This document shows positions 1 to 9,284 of a stretch of DNA of 32,000 nucleotides, piece by piece; within the stretch, counting starts at the first letter, position 1, and every line of letters starts with the position of its first letter. The position numbers and the translations under genes are program-made. The notes beneath the pieces are model-generated. The model ran no database searches, was not told the origin of the DNA, and saw only the letters and a program-made list of their open reading frames with translations. Location: NCBI RefSeq assembly GCF_018069705.1, contig NZ_CP072943.1, positions 1,011,260-1,043,259 on the forward strand, in the 5' to 3' direction. The stretch is from Aminithiophilus ramosus (lineage in GTDB: Bacteria > Synergistota > Synergistia > Synergistales > Aminithiophilaceae).

Positions 1-302
1 TTGCCGACGGGCAGAGGAGGAAAGGCCTCTTTCCACTCCGTATGCCAGGGACGATTATCGATCCGCCCCATGTCCACGACGGAGACACCGGGCCAGGACT
101 CGAGGACGGCGTTGACCTCCCCAAGCCAGTGGGCCAGGTCTCTGCCGCTGCGGAAAAAGAGCCGAGACCGGACGGACCGGGGCAGATCCTGAATTTCGGC
201 GCCGATGCTCCCGCAGAGCTCGGCAAGGGAGACGAGCATCTCGTCGTCACCCGCCTTCGCCTCCAGAGTGATGTACCACCAGAAACTCTCCGACATGGCC
301 AT
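1..302 (-). CDS. prmA: Ribosomal protein L11 methyltransferase (PrmA) N-terminal part, truncated by window edge
   Basis: Minus-strand reading from ATG at 302 gives MAMSESFWWYITLEAKAGDDEMLVSLAELCGSIGAEIQDLP..., open to the window edge, with a GGAGG Shine-Dalgarno upstream. Position after dnaJ is typical for prmA. Absent from the ORF track because it is edge-truncated. Confidence 0.75.
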   Translation of the reverse strand, partial: MAMSESFWWYITLEAKAGDDEMLVSLAELCGSIGAEIQDLPRSVRSRLFFRSGRDLAHWLGEVNAVLESWPGVSVVDMGRIDNRPWHTEWKEAFPPLPVG

Positions 303-389
303 GGTCTCCCTCCTTCCGAAGAAAAAGGGAGGCGGTAGTCGCCTCCCTGACTCCTGCCACAGTGTATCACGAACGACGCAACCCTCGAC

Positions 390-1535
390 CTAGGCGCCGA
401 AGAACCCCTTGAGTTTGTCGAGCAGCCCCTGAGACTCCTTGACGGAGACATCCATCTCCCGAGCCAGTCCGGCCAGAAGGGCCTTCTGCTTTTCCGTGAG
501 GTTCGCCGGCACATCGACGACAACGCGGACCAGAAGATCTCCGGCCCGTCCCCCTGCCGAAAGGCGGGGCATTCCCTTGCCCTTGACGCGCAGGGTCGAA
601 CCGGACTGGGTCCCCGGCGGAACATCCAGGCTCTGAAGTCCCTCCAGAGTGGGAACCTGGATCTCGCAGCCCAGAGCCGCCTGCGGAAAGGCGATGTGCA
701 TTTCGACGTGGAGGTTGTCCCCCTCGCGCCGGAAGCGGGGATCGGCCCGGACGGAGACGACGAGAAAGAGATCGCCGGGAGGACCTCCGTTGAGCCCGGC
801 CTCACCCTCGCCGGAGATGCGCAGCCGCGTCCCCCTGTCGACGCCGGGAGGGATCCTCACCTCCACCGTCCGCCTGTCGCGGTAACGGCCGGCACCGCCG
901 CAGCGGGAACAGACCTTTTCGACGATTTTGCCCCGTCCCTGACAGTTGGGGCAGGTGTTGACGGAGACGAATTCGCCGAAGGGCGTCCTCTGGCGCTGCT
1001 CCACCTGCCCCTTGCCTCCGCAGGTCGGACAGGTCCTGGGCGAGCTGCCCGGTTCGGCTCCCGTGCCGCCGCAGCGCTCGCAGCTCTGCCAGCGAGGGAT
1101 CTCGACCTTGCGCGTCACTCCCCGATAGGCCTCTTCCAGGGTAAGGGAGATCTCCATCTCCAGATCGGCTCCCCGCCTGGGGGCGTTGGGGTTCCGGCGA
1201 CCGCCGAAGCCGCCGAAACCGCCGCCGAACATGGTCTCGAAAAGATCGCCGAAGACGTCGCCCACGTCGCCGCCCTCGCCGAAGGGGGAACCGCCGCCGG
1301 TCATGTCTCCGACGGTGCCGAACTGATCGTACTGGACCCGTTTCTGGGGATCGCTCAGAACCTCGTAGGCTTCGGCGACCTCCTTGAACTTCTGTTCCGC
1401 CTCTTTATTGCCGGGGTTGGCATCGGGATGGTATTTGCGCACCAGCCGACGGTAGGCCTTCTTGATATCCTCGACGGAGGCGTCTTTCGGCACGCCGAGA
1501 ATCTCATAGTAGTCGCGACGTCCTCCGGAGGCCAC
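390..1535 (-). CDS. dnaJ: Chaperone protein DnaJ
   Basis: J-domain with HPD (YHPDANPG), G/F-rich region, four CxxCxGxG zinc repeats, C-terminal substrate-binding domain. Confidence 0.98.
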   Translation of the reverse strand: MASGGRRDYYEILGVPKDASVEDIKKAYRRLVRKYHPDANPGNKEAEQKFKEVAEAYEVLSDPQKRVQYDQFGTVGDMTGGGSPFGEGGDVGDVFGDLFETMFGGGFGGFGGRRNPNAPRRGADLEMEISLTLEEAYRGVTRKVEIPRWQSCERCGGTGAEPGSSPRTCPTCGGKGQVEQRQRTPFGEFVSVNTCPNCQGRGKIVEKVCSRCGGAGRYRDRRTVEVRIPPGVDRGTRLRISGEGEAGLNGGPPGDLFLVVSVRADPRFRREGDNLHVEMHIAFPQAALGCEIQVPTLEGLQSLDVPPGTQSGSTLRVKGKGMPRLSAGGRAGDLLVRVVVDVPANLTEKQKALLAGLAREMDVSVKESQGLLDKLKGFFGA

Positions 1536-1547
1536 CTTATCTCACTC

Positions 1548-3371
1548 CTAGGCCCGGGTGGAATCGTTGAACTCGGCGTCGACCGTCGGTCCCTCCGATG
1601 CGGAACCGCCTTCCGGAGAGGCGCCGGGCTGGCCGGCCTGGGCCTGCTGGGCGTACAGGCGCGTCGACAGCTCCTGAAGCGACTGGGTCAGCTTCTCGGC
1701 GGCAGCCTTGATAGCCGCCGTATCTTCGCCCTCCTGAGCCTTGCGGGCCGAGGCGATCTCGCCCTCGATCCGTCCCCGCTCGTCGGCGGAGGCCTTGTCG
1801 CCCAGATCCTTGAGGAGCTTTTCGGCGTTGTAGCTCAGGCTCTCGATCTCGTTGCGGGCCTCGATGAGCTCCTTCTTCTTCCGATCCGTCTCCTCGTTGG
1901 CCTCGGCGTCGCGCTGCATCCGATCGATCTCCTCCTCGGAGAGGCGCGACGACTGGATGGTGATGTGCTGTTCCTTGTTCGTGGCCATATCCTTGGCCGT
2001 CACGTTCAGGATGCCGTTGACGTCGATGTTGAAGGTCACCTCGATCTTGGGAATCCCTCTCGGTGCGGGCGGAATGCCGTCGAGGGAGAAGGAACCCAGC
2101 TTGACGTTGTCGGCGGCCATGGCCCGTTCCCCCTGGAGGACGACGATCTCGACCTGGGGCTGATTGTCGGCGGCCGTCGTGAAGATCTGGCTCTTCGACG
2201 TGGGGATGGCCGTGTTGCGGTCGATGATCTTGGTGAAGACGCCGCCCATCGTCTCCAGCCCCAGGGAGAGGGGCGTCACGTCGACGAGGACGATGTCCTT
2301 GTGCTCGCCCGTCATGATGGCGCCCTGGATGGCCGCGCCGGCGGCGACGCACTCGTCGGGGTTGATCCCCTTCGTGGGCTCCTTGCCGAAGATCTCCTTG
2401 ACCTTGCGCTGGACCATCGGCATCCGCGTCGAGCCGCCGACGAGGAGAATCTTGTCGATCTGGGACGTCGAGAGACCCGAGTCCTCCAAGGCGCGACGGC
2501 AGGGAACGGCGACGCGCTCGATGAGATCGGTCGTCATCTCCTCGAAGCGAGCCCGGGTGAGGGCCATCTCGAGATGTTTGGGGCCGCTCTGGTTGGCCGT
2601 GATGAAGGGGAGAGAGATGGTCGTCTCGGCCATGGAGGAAAGTTCGACCTTGGCCTTCTCGGCCGCCTCGCGGAGACGCTGAAGGGCCATGCGGTCCTTG
2701 CTCAGGTCAATTCCCTCGGCCTTGCGGAACTCCTCCGTGAGCCACTGAACGATCCGCTCGTCCCAGTCGTCGCCTCCCAGAAGGTTGTCGCCGCTCGTGG
2801 AGAGGACCTCGAAGACGCCCTCGCCCACGTCGAGGATGGAGACGTCGAAGGTGCCGCCGCCAAGATCGAAGACGAGGATCTTGTTCTCGCCCTCCTTGTT
2901 GGCGCCGTAGGCCAGGCAGGCCGCCGTAGGTTCGTTGATGATGCGCAGGACCTCGAGACCGGCGATCTGACCGGCATCTTTCGTGGCCTGCCTCTGGGCG
3001 TCGGTGAAATAGGCCGGAACGGTGACGATGGCCTTCGTCACCGTCTCTCCCAGATAGTCCTCGGCGTCCTTTTTCAGCTTCTGAAGGACCATGGCCGAGA
3101 TCTCCTGGGGCGTGTAGGGCTTGCCGTCGATGGAGACACGATGGTCGGTCCCCATCTTGCGCTTGATGGACTGGATCGTCCGATCGGGATTGACGATGGC
3201 CTGACGCTTGGCCAGCTGACCGACGAGACGCTCCCCCTCCTTGGTGAAGGCAACGACGGAGGGCGTCAGACGACTCCCCTCGGCGTTGGCAATGATGGTG
3301 ATATTTTCTCCCTCTTTGACGGCGACGACGCTGTTCGTCGTCCCAAGGTCGATTCCGATAACCTTTGCCAT
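1548..3371 (-). CDS. dnaK: Chaperone protein DnaK (Hsp70); start refined to [10 protein letters not shown]
   Basis: [30 protein letters not shown] and the substrate-binding domain are all present. The ORF track start at 3380 adds three residues (MTF). Confidence 0.98.
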   Translation of the reverse strand: MAKVIGIDLGTTNSVVAVKEGENITIIANAEGSRLTPSVVAFTKEGERLVGQLAKRQAIVNPDRTIQSIKRKMGTDHRVSIDGKPYTPQEISAMVLQKLKKDAEDYLGETVTKAIVTVPAYFTDAQRQATKDAGQIAGLEVLRIINEPTAACLAYGANKEGENKILVFDLGGGTFDVSILDVGEGVFEVLSTSGDNLLGGDDWDERIVQWLTEEFRKAEGIDLSKDRMALQRLREAAEKAKVELSSMAETTISLPFITANQSGPKHLEMALTRARFEEMTTDLIERVAVPCRRALEDSGLSTSQIDKILLVGGSTRMPMVQRKVKEIFGKEPTKGINPDECVAAGAAIQGAIMTGEHKDIVLVDVTPLSLGLETMGGVFTKIIDRNTAIPTSKSQIFTTAADNQPQVEIVVLQGERAMAADNVKLGSFSLDGIPPAPRGIPKIEVTFNIDVNGILNVTAKDMATNKEQHITIQSSRLSEEEIDRMQRDAEANEETDRKKKELIEARNEIESLSYNAEKLLKDLGDKASADERGRIEGEIASARKAQEGEDTAAIKAAAEKLTQSLQELSTRLYAQQAQAGQPGASPEGGSASEGPTVDAEFNDSTRA

Positions 3372-3404
3372 AAAAGTCACCTCTTCAGTTTCGTATCGTT
3401 CGGA

Positions 3405-3989
3405 TTAGCTCTTTCGACCCACCTGGACCTGAGCGGGCCTGATGACGCGCTCCTCCAGGCAGTAACCCTTTTGAATCTCGCAGACCACGCAATCCTCTCC
3501 GCCCTCATCAGCCGGGCAGAGGGCCACGGCCTCGTGACGGGCCGGATCGAAGGGCAGGCCGACCGTCTCGATGGGAACGACGCCGATGTCGGCAAGAACC
3601 TGCAGGAACTGGCGCTGAACCATGGAGACGCCGCTGCGAAGATCCCTGGCCGAAACGTCCTCGCCCGCAGCGAGGGCCCTGTCGAGATTGTCCATCACGG
3701 GAAGAAGGCGGACAACCAGATCTTCGAGGGCCATCTGGCGCATACGGACCCTGTCCCGCTCCATCCGTTGGCGGTAGTTGAACAAATCCGCCTTGGCCCG
3801 GGCCGCCTCGGCCTTGAGATCCCCTGCAAGGGTCTCGAGCTCCCTGACGCGTTCTCTCAAATCGACGCCATCTCCCATCTCCTCGACGGGAGGGACTTCC
3901 TCGGGGGAGACCGTCACCTCAGCAACCGGTTCCACCGGGGAGAGCTCCTCGTCGGGAGCCGTCTTCTCCTCTTTTTCCGTCATCGACAT
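3405..3989 (-). CDS. grpE: Nucleotide exchange factor GrpE
   Basis: Coiled-coil N-terminus, FNYRQRMERDR, VMDNLDRAL and FDPARHEAV-type motifs; located between hrcA and dnaK. Confidence 0.93.
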   Translation of the reverse strand: MSMTEKEEKTAPDEELSPVEPVAEVTVSPEEVPPVEEMGDGVDLRERVRELETLAGDLKAEAARAKADLFNYRQRMERDRVRMRQMALEDLVVRLLPVMDNLDRALAAGEDVSARDLRSGVSMVQRQFLQVLADIGVVPIETVGLPFDPARHEAVALCPADEGGEDCVVCEIQKGYCLEERVIRPAQVQVGRKS

Positions 3990-4004
3990 TCACACTCCTT
4001 GTTT

Positions 4005-5027
4005 CTAGCGGTCGTCATCCCGCGTTCCCGTCAGGTGGGGCAGAAGGCCTTCGAGAAGGACGATGGCCCCTTCGTAATCCATGCGCTGAGGACCGATGAG
4101 GCCGACGACCATCCGTTTACCCTCGAACTGCCCCGAGCTGAGAACGAGAGAACAGCTCTGCATCTCCTCGAGAGGATTCTCCTCGCCGATGAGGACGGAA
4201 AGACCCTCTTCGAGGGAGACGCTTCGAACGAGCCTCTCCAGCGAGGACTCCTCCTCGAGAAGGGCCATCAGGGCCTGAAGCTTGCCGATATCCTGAAAAT
4301 CGGGAAGGCCCAGGATATGATGGGCTCCTCCCGTGAAGACCTTCATGGAGCGGCTCGTCAGCATGGCATCGATGGCCTCGAGGGCCGAAAAGCAGCTCTG
4401 CGAAAGGTGATCGAGCGTCCCGGCCAGATAGGCGCTCAGATTCTGGCGCACCTCGCTCCAGGCCTTGCCCGAGGCCAGCAGGTTGAGACGGAGGGAAAGC
4501 TCGTCCAGCTCGGAGGGCTTCACTTCGAAGGCGAACTCGATCATCCGGTGATGAACGAGCCCCCCCTGAAGAACCGTCAGCACCAGGGCATGGCGGCTGT
4601 CGACGGGAAGGAAGTCGATGCGGTGCACGAGGACCTCCTCCAGAAGCTCCACGCCGGCGAGACCGACGCTCCGCGTCAACCGGGAGAGGAGATGGGAGAT
4701 CATGGCCAAGGCCGCCTCGACATCCTGTCTTTTGGCCCTGAGATCTCTCAGAAAGGGCGCCAGCGTCGACGAAGGCTCTCGTCTGCGCTGCAGAATGGCA
4801 TCGACGTACAGGCGGTAGGCCTTGGCCGTGGGAATGCGACCGGCCGACGTGTGAGGCTGGTTGAGGTAGCCCATCTCGCTCAGCTCGGACATTTCGTTGC
4901 GGATCGTCGCCGCACTCTTTCCCGTCAGGTAACGCCGTGATATGGTCCGAGAGCCGACGGGCTCGCCTGTCGTGATGTAGTCGTAGACTACGGACAGCAC
5001 CACCTCCAACTGCCTCTCTGTCAGCAC
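4005..5027 (-). CDS. hrcA: Heat-inducible transcription repressor HrcA
   Basis: LTERQLEVVLSVVYDYITTGEPVGSRTISRRY...SAATIRNEMSELSEMGYLNQPHTSAGRIPT is characteristic of HrcA; gene order is canonical. Confidence 0.97.
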   Translation of the reverse strand: MLTERQLEVVLSVVYDYITTGEPVGSRTISRRYLTGKSAATIRNEMSELSEMGYLNQPHTSAGRIPTAKAYRLYVDAILQRRREPSSTLAPFLRDLRAKRQDVEAALAMISHLLSRLTRSVGLAGVELLEEVLVHRIDFLPVDSRHALVLTVLQGGLVHHRMIEFAFEVKPSELDELSLRLNLLASGKAWSEVRQNLSAYLAGTLDHLSQSCFSALEAIDAMLTSRSMKVFTGGAHHILGLPDFQDIGKLQALMALLEEESSLERLVRSVSLEEGLSVLIGEENPLEEMQSCSLVLSSGQFEGKRMVVGLIGPQRMDYEGAIVLLEGLLPHLTGTRDDDR

Positions 5028-5047
5028 AGGTCACACCCCCCCTCTTG

Positions 5048-5074
5048 GTAGCACTCTCGCTCGACGAGTGCCAG
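5048..5074 (-). promoter_or_regulatory. CIRCE operator (HrcA binding site)
   Basis: GTAGCACTC-N9-GAGTGCCAG closely matches consensus TTAGCACTC-N9-GAGTGCTAA and lies just upstream of hrcA. Confidence 0.95.
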
Positions 5075-5096
5075 TTCGGACGCTTTCGCTTTCAGT

Positions 5097-5125
5097 ACCT
5101 TATCAACCCCCGCGCCCATTGTCAA
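5097..5125 (-). promoter_or_regulatory. Sigma70-type promoter of the hrcA operon
   Basis: Minus strand TTGACA (5125-5120), 17-nt spacer, TAAGGT (5102-5097), placing CIRCE just downstream of the predicted start site. Confidence 0.75.
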
Positions 5126-5210
5126 GACAGGTCAAAAAATCCGGGCCCTTCCTTTGTCTATAATGACAGGACAATGGGAAGATGCCGTTCAGATCGGAAG
5201 GGAGAACTCC

Positions 5211-5861
5211 ATGCGACAGAGAGAGGAAACGAAAACGACGATCATCCTCGCCCGCCACGGCGAAAGCGAGGGAAACGAAAGGGCTCTTTTTCGAGGACGA
5301 AGGGATTTTCCCCTCACCGAGAGGGGAGTCAGCCAAGCCCGTGCCCTGGCCCAGGCCCTGATCCCCCTCTCGGTGACGCGCGTCTTCACCAGCCCGCTCT
5401 CCCGGGCCCTCGCGACGGCCCAGTCCATCGCGGAAGCCGTCGCGGCTCCGCTGGAGACCATCCAGGGCTTCACCAACATGGCCCTCGGCCCCTGGGAGGG
5501 GCATTCCAAGGAAGAGGTGGCCCAAAACTACGCCGAAGAGTGGGAACTCTGGCTCAGAAACCCCGAAAGGCTCCGCCTTCCCGGCGCCGAGACTCTCGAT
5601 CAGGTCCAGAGCCGGGCCTACTCCAATCTCCAGCACCTCATCAACCGTCACAGAGGCGAGACGCTCGTCATCGTCAGCCACCGCACCGTCCTTAAACCTC
5701 TCGTCGCCGCCTGTCTGGCCATCGCCGAGCCCTATTTCTGGCGACTCCATTTCGACACGGCCTCCTGCTCTCGGCTCCTCTTCGAAGGGAAACGGGGCTT
5801 CACCCTCGTCTCCCTCAACGAGACGCACCATCTCGACACCTTCACCTCCGAATGGGTTTGA
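5211..5861 (+). CDS. Histidine phosphatase (phosphoglycerate mutase-like) family protein
   Basis: TIILARHGESEGNERALFRG (RHG motif) and SHRTVLKPLV. Start refined to ATG 5211; a TATAAT at 5159-5164 lies inside the longer ORF. Confidence 0.87.
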   Translation: MRQREETKTTIILARHGESEGNERALFRGRRDFPLTERGVSQARALAQALIPLSVTRVFTSPLSRALATAQSIAEAVAAPLETIQGFTNMALGPWEGHSKEEVAQNYAEEWELWLRNPERLRLPGAETLDQVQSRAYSNLQHLINRHRGETLVIVSHRTVLKPLVAACLAIAEPYFWRLHFDTASCSRLLFEGKRGFTLVSLNETHHLDTFTSEWV

Positions 5862-5884
5862 TATATACCCCTCAAGGGTATATA
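5862..5884. promoter_or_regulatory. Palindromic operator candidate: TATATACCC-CTCAA-GGGTATATA
   Basis: Perfect 9-bp inverted repeat with a 5-nt spacer between the phosphatase stop and the FAD oxidoreductase start; no T-run, so not a terminator. Confidence 0.6.
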
Positions 5885-5930
5885 CTGGACGGGATGTGAT
5901 ATTCCGCAAAAAGAGAACGGGAAAGGATGT

Positions 5931-7376
5931 GTGGATCGGATGGCTCCTACCCTGAAGAAAAAGGTCCTTATCGTCGGCGGCGGTCCCGGAGGGCGGGTCT
6001 CCTATATGGTTCTGAGGAACATGGGCTTCGACGACGCCGCCATCGTCGTCAACGAGGAACCCACGATCATCTGCAGCCTCCCCTACGCCGTGGGACGGAA
6101 GCTCGTCCCCGAAGGTCCGGAACAGGTCGTCGTCGACATGGCCCGGGCGGACAGGCTGCCTCCGGACATGATGAAGGATGTCCTCTTCGGCGAAGCGGTC
6201 CGACTCGATCTGGAGAACCATTCAGCCCTCATCGAGGGCGGAGAGGAACCTCTCGAGGTCACCTTCGAGAAACTGATCCTCGCCCCAGGGGCGGTCCCCT
6301 GGATTCCTCCCGTCCCGGGCGTTCTCGGCGAGGGATCCGCCGACGGCGGGACCTGGGTCTGGTACGGAAGAGAGCTGATCCGCCGCGATCGCCTGGCCCC
6401 CAACGTCTACAGCCTTCGCGGCGCCGCCGACGCCCGCGCTCTCGACGCCTTCGCCGAGAAGGCGAAAAGGGCCGTCGTCGTCGGCACGGGCGCCATCGGC
6501 CTCGAGCTCGTCGAGGCCCTCGTGGATCGAGGGCTGACGGTGACGGTCCTCGAGGCTCTTCCCCACGTGACGTCGGCCCTGGACGGAGAAATGGCCGCCC
6601 ATCTTGAGGAACGTCTCGTCTCGCGCGGTGTCACCGTCGCTACGGGAGCCCTTCTGGCCGAGGTGACGCCGCGCGGCGTCGTCCTCGGAGACGGCACGAC
6701 GATCGAGGCCGACGGCGTCCTCTTCGCCACGGGAGTCAGGCCCAACGCCGAACTGGCCCGGGCAGCGGGCCTCGTCGTCGGGCGGGGCATCGTCGTCGAC
6801 GAGGCCATGAGGACCTCTCACCCCGACGTTTTCGCCGTCGGAGACGGCGCCGAAATCATCGACGGTCCCACGGGAAAGGCCGTTCTCCCCCTCATCGGGA
6901 CTCTGGCCATGCGTCAGGCCCTCGTCGCCGTCTCCCAGATCCTGGGGCGGCCCATGACCCTTCCGCCGGCCACGCCCTGGGGCGTCAGCGAAACCCTGGG
7001 ACTCCACTGGGCCAGCGTCGGCTGGACGGAGGAGGCCGCCTCGGGGATCGGCCTTCCCGTCGTGGGCCTGACCCTTCCCTACAACACCCGCGAACCCTAC
7101 ATGGCCCTCAACAGGAAGGGATTCTGGAAGCTCGTCGTGGCCAGAGGAGACGAGGCCAAGGGCATCACTCCGGGACAGATCGTCGGCTTTCAGGCCATCA
7201 TGGAGGACAAATCGCCCCTCTTCCTGGCCGAGCGTTTCCTCGACATCGTCACCCGCCGGGAGACGGTCATGGACCTCCTGAATCACTACTTCATTCACTC
7301 CCCGGCCCACAACGACGTCAACGACCCGTACCTGCAGCTGGTCTTCATGGCCCAGCGGATGTTCCAGAACCCCTGA
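5931..7376 (+). CDS. FAD-dependent pyridine nucleotide-disulfide oxidoreductase, CoA-disulfide reductase/NADH oxidase-like
   Basis: VLIVGGGPGG dinucleotide fold, single Cys in TIICSLPYAVG, second NAD(P) fold VVVGTGAIGLELVEAL, FAVGDGAEI. ATG at 5940 is an alternative start. Confidence 0.85.
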   Translation: MDRMAPTLKKKVLIVGGGPGGRVSYMVLRNMGFDDAAIVVNEEPTIICSLPYAVGRKLVPEGPEQVVVDMARADRLPPDMMKDVLFGEAVRLDLENHSALIEGGEEPLEVTFEKLILAPGAVPWIPPVPGVLGEGSADGGTWVWYGRELIRRDRLAPNVYSLRGAADARALDAFAEKAKRAVVVGTGAIGLELVEALVDRGLTVTVLEALPHVTSALDGEMAAHLEERLVSRGVTVATGALLAEVTPRGVVLGDGTTIEADGVLFATGVRPNAELARAAGLVVGRGIVVDEAMRTSHPDVFAVGDGAEIIDGPTGKAVLPLIGTLAMRQALVAVSQILGRPMTLPPATPWGVSETLGLHWASVGWTEEAASGIGLPVVGLTLPYNTREPYMALNRKGFWKLVVARGDEAKGITPGQIVGFQAIMEDKSPLFLAERFLDIVTRRETVMDLLNHYFIHSPAHNDVNDPYLQLVFMAQRMFQNP

Positions 7377-7463
7377 GCCATCGGAACGACCGCCCTTGAC
7401 CCCCGCCGTCAGCCGGTTCTATGATGGCGGGGGTCTTCATGTTCCCGAAGGGAGGTCGCCTCT

Positions 7464-8228
7464 TTGTTTCTGTGCCCTTTGTCTCCGCCGGGAAGGGGCT
7501 TTTCCCTTCTCCTTTTCGCCCTTCTCTTTTCCGTCCTTTCCGAAGGCACTCCCGCCCAGGGCGGGACGAATCTTCATATCCTTTCGGCGCCGGGACACCC
7601 CCTTTCGATCCTCCTCGACGAACGCGACGGCCTGATCCGTTCGGCCTATCTCCGCAGCCCGGCAGGGACGGAACCTCTCGACTCGCTCAAGGGGCATCGA
7701 TTGGTCCGGGACCACCGCAGCACACCCTATATCGACGCCGACTGGAAGCCCGACCTCCTCTGGCAACTCTCCTTCGCCCAGGACGACGCCAAAAGGGGTG
7801 TCGACCTCTGGATCGCCTATCTGTCGGGCCGCCCCCGTCTCTGGGTCGCCGAGAGTCCGACGGCGGCCACTCTTTGGGATGCGCTCTCCCTCAACGTCGA
7901 CATTCCCGAGGGAACGGCCCTTTACGTCTCTCCGGCCCTGCCACGCTACAGCGACGAGGAGCCGACCCGGGAGGGACGAACGCTCTCCTTCATCTACACC
8001 GTCGGCCTCACTCCCGACGGACCGGGTTTCACCATCGTCCCCGCCATCTACCGCCAGCTCCAGGAGATCACCCTTCTCGTTGCCCAGGCCGAGGGAGACG
8101 AGGTCCTTCGCCGGGGCTACGACAGCCTGGCCAAGGATTTCGGGACCATGTCCAAGGGGCAGCATCCCTCGGCGGAAGCGCTATCCAGCTTCACCTGGAA
8201 GAAGCTTCTCTACCGAGAATGGCCATGA
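7464..8228 (+). CDS. Hypothetical secreted protein
   Basis: TTG start with AGGGAGG Shine-Dalgarno; hydrophobic leader GFSLLLFALLFSVLSEG; no family recognised. Confidence 0.65.
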   Translation: MFLCPLSPPGRGFSLLLFALLFSVLSEGTPAQGGTNLHILSAPGHPLSILLDERDGLIRSAYLRSPAGTEPLDSLKGHRLVRDHRSTPYIDADWKPDLLWQLSFAQDDAKRGVDLWIAYLSGRPRLWVAESPTAATLWDALSLNVDIPEGTALYVSPALPRYSDEEPTREGRTLSFIYTVGLTPDGPGFTIVPAIYRQLQEITLLVAQAEGDEVLRRGYDSLAKDFGTMSKGQHPSAEALSSFTWKKLLYREWP

Positions 8229-8281
8229 TCGCGAGAAGAATGGGGGGATCCCGACGGGATCCCCCCATTCTTCTCGCGATC
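8227..8281. terminator. Perfect 26-bp hairpin, likely bidirectional terminator between convergent genes
   Basis: GATCGCGAGAAGAATGGGGGGATCCC-GAC-GGGATCCCCCCATTCTTCTCGCGATC, overlapping the stop of the + gene and ending 4 nt before the stop of the - gene. Confidence 0.75.
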
Positions 8282-8285
8282 GGCC

Positions 8286-8633
8286 TCAGGGGACCCTGTA
8301 GGTCACCTCGCGAGAGCCGAAAATGTTACAGTGTGCCCTGACGGCGATGACCGTCCCCGGAGCTAAAGCCCCCAGCGGAAAGGCAACGACGAGTCCTTTG
8401 GGACTGAGCTGGGAGGCGAAGACCTTTTCGGCGACGAGCTTGGAGTCGAGACGGACCTCCACCTTGTCGATGAAATGCTTCGATCCGTTGTCGACGCCGT
8501 GAATGACGCGGACCTCGAGCTTTTTCTCCCCGTCGTAGTTGAGGCGGATCTCGCTGGGGGGATGGGCCGACGCGACAGAGCCAAGGGACAGCAGGAGAAG
8601 AAGAGCCGCGGTGATCGTGAACCTCATGGACAT
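8286..8633 (-). CDS. Secreted protein with superoxide reductase/desulfoferrodoxin-like domain
   Basis: Signal peptide MSMRFTITAALLLLLSLGSVASA, then GSKHFIDKVEV... and AVRAHCNIFGSREVTY resembling the SOR catalytic core. Start refined to 8633, behind GGAGG. Confidence 0.6.
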   Translation of the reverse strand: MSMRFTITAALLLLLSLGSVASAHPPSEIRLNYDGEKKLEVRVIHGVDNGSKHFIDKVEVRLDSKLVAEKVFASQLSPKGLVVAFPLGALAPGTVIAVRAHCNIFGSREVTYRVP

Positions 8634-8680
8634 CCCCTCCTTCAATGGACGATAACCTCCCGGCGAGCGTCGCGTCGACA

Positions 8681-9262
8681 CTACTTTCCCGTGGCGTTGA
8701 TGCCCCGATTGCGGCCGTCATCGATGCAGGTCGTTCCCGTCTCGGTCTTCATGCAGTGCTGGACCTCGACGTCACCGCTGACCTCCGTGCCCGTGTACTC
8801 CCTGACGAAGGCGACGATCTCCTCGATGTCGGGAAGTTGCCTGATGGGGTAGACCTTGACGAAGACGACGACGCCTTCGCCGTTAACGATGACGTTGGCC
8901 CTTTCGGAGATGCCGTGAGAATCGCGAAAGAGCCCCAGAGACTGGGCGACGGCGCCGTGGGGCCAGAAGTCGGAGAGGATCTGAAGGCTCTCGAGACCGA
9001 TGGCCTCGGCCCAGGCCGTCTTGCAGGGCAGGGAGTCGACACTGAAGCCCAGGGGAACGGTGTTCATCGACACGAAAAGATCGAAGTTGAGGTCGAGCTC
9101 CTTCATCTGGTCGCGGCAGACCGGCGTCCAGGCCAGGGGGTGAAAGGAGAGGATGACGTTCCTCCCCTTCAGGGAGGCGAGGGAGACCTCGTTGCCGTGC
9201 TGATTCTTGAGGGTGAAATCGGGGACGAAGCTCCCCACTTCGATGGGCTTTCTTTCGGACAT
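8681..9262 (-). CDS. Peroxiredoxin (AhpC/TSA family)
   Basis: VGSFVPDFTLKNQHGNEVSLASLKGRNVILSFHPLAWTPVCRDQM; start refined to ATG 9262. Confidence 0.88.
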   Translation of the reverse strand: MSERKPIEVGSFVPDFTLKNQHGNEVSLASLKGRNVILSFHPLAWTPVCRDQMKELDLNFDLFVSMNTVPLGFSVDSLPCKTAWAEAIGLESLQILSDFWPHGAVAQSLGLFRDSHGISERANVIVNGEGVVVFVKVYPIRQLPDIEEIVAFVREYTGTEVSGDVEVQHCMKTETGTTCIDDGRNRGINATGK

Positions 9263-9284
9263 GATCGTTGCCTCCTTCGGCACT

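Noticed and set aside
696-4940. 1414-aa plus-strand ORF
   Set aside because: It is antisense to dnaJ, dnaK, grpE and hrcA, all strongly supported by motifs; an artefact of high GC at third codon positions.
5862-5884. Palindrome as an intrinsic terminator of the phosphatase gene
   Set aside because: AT-rich stem and no downstream T-run; an operator is more likely.
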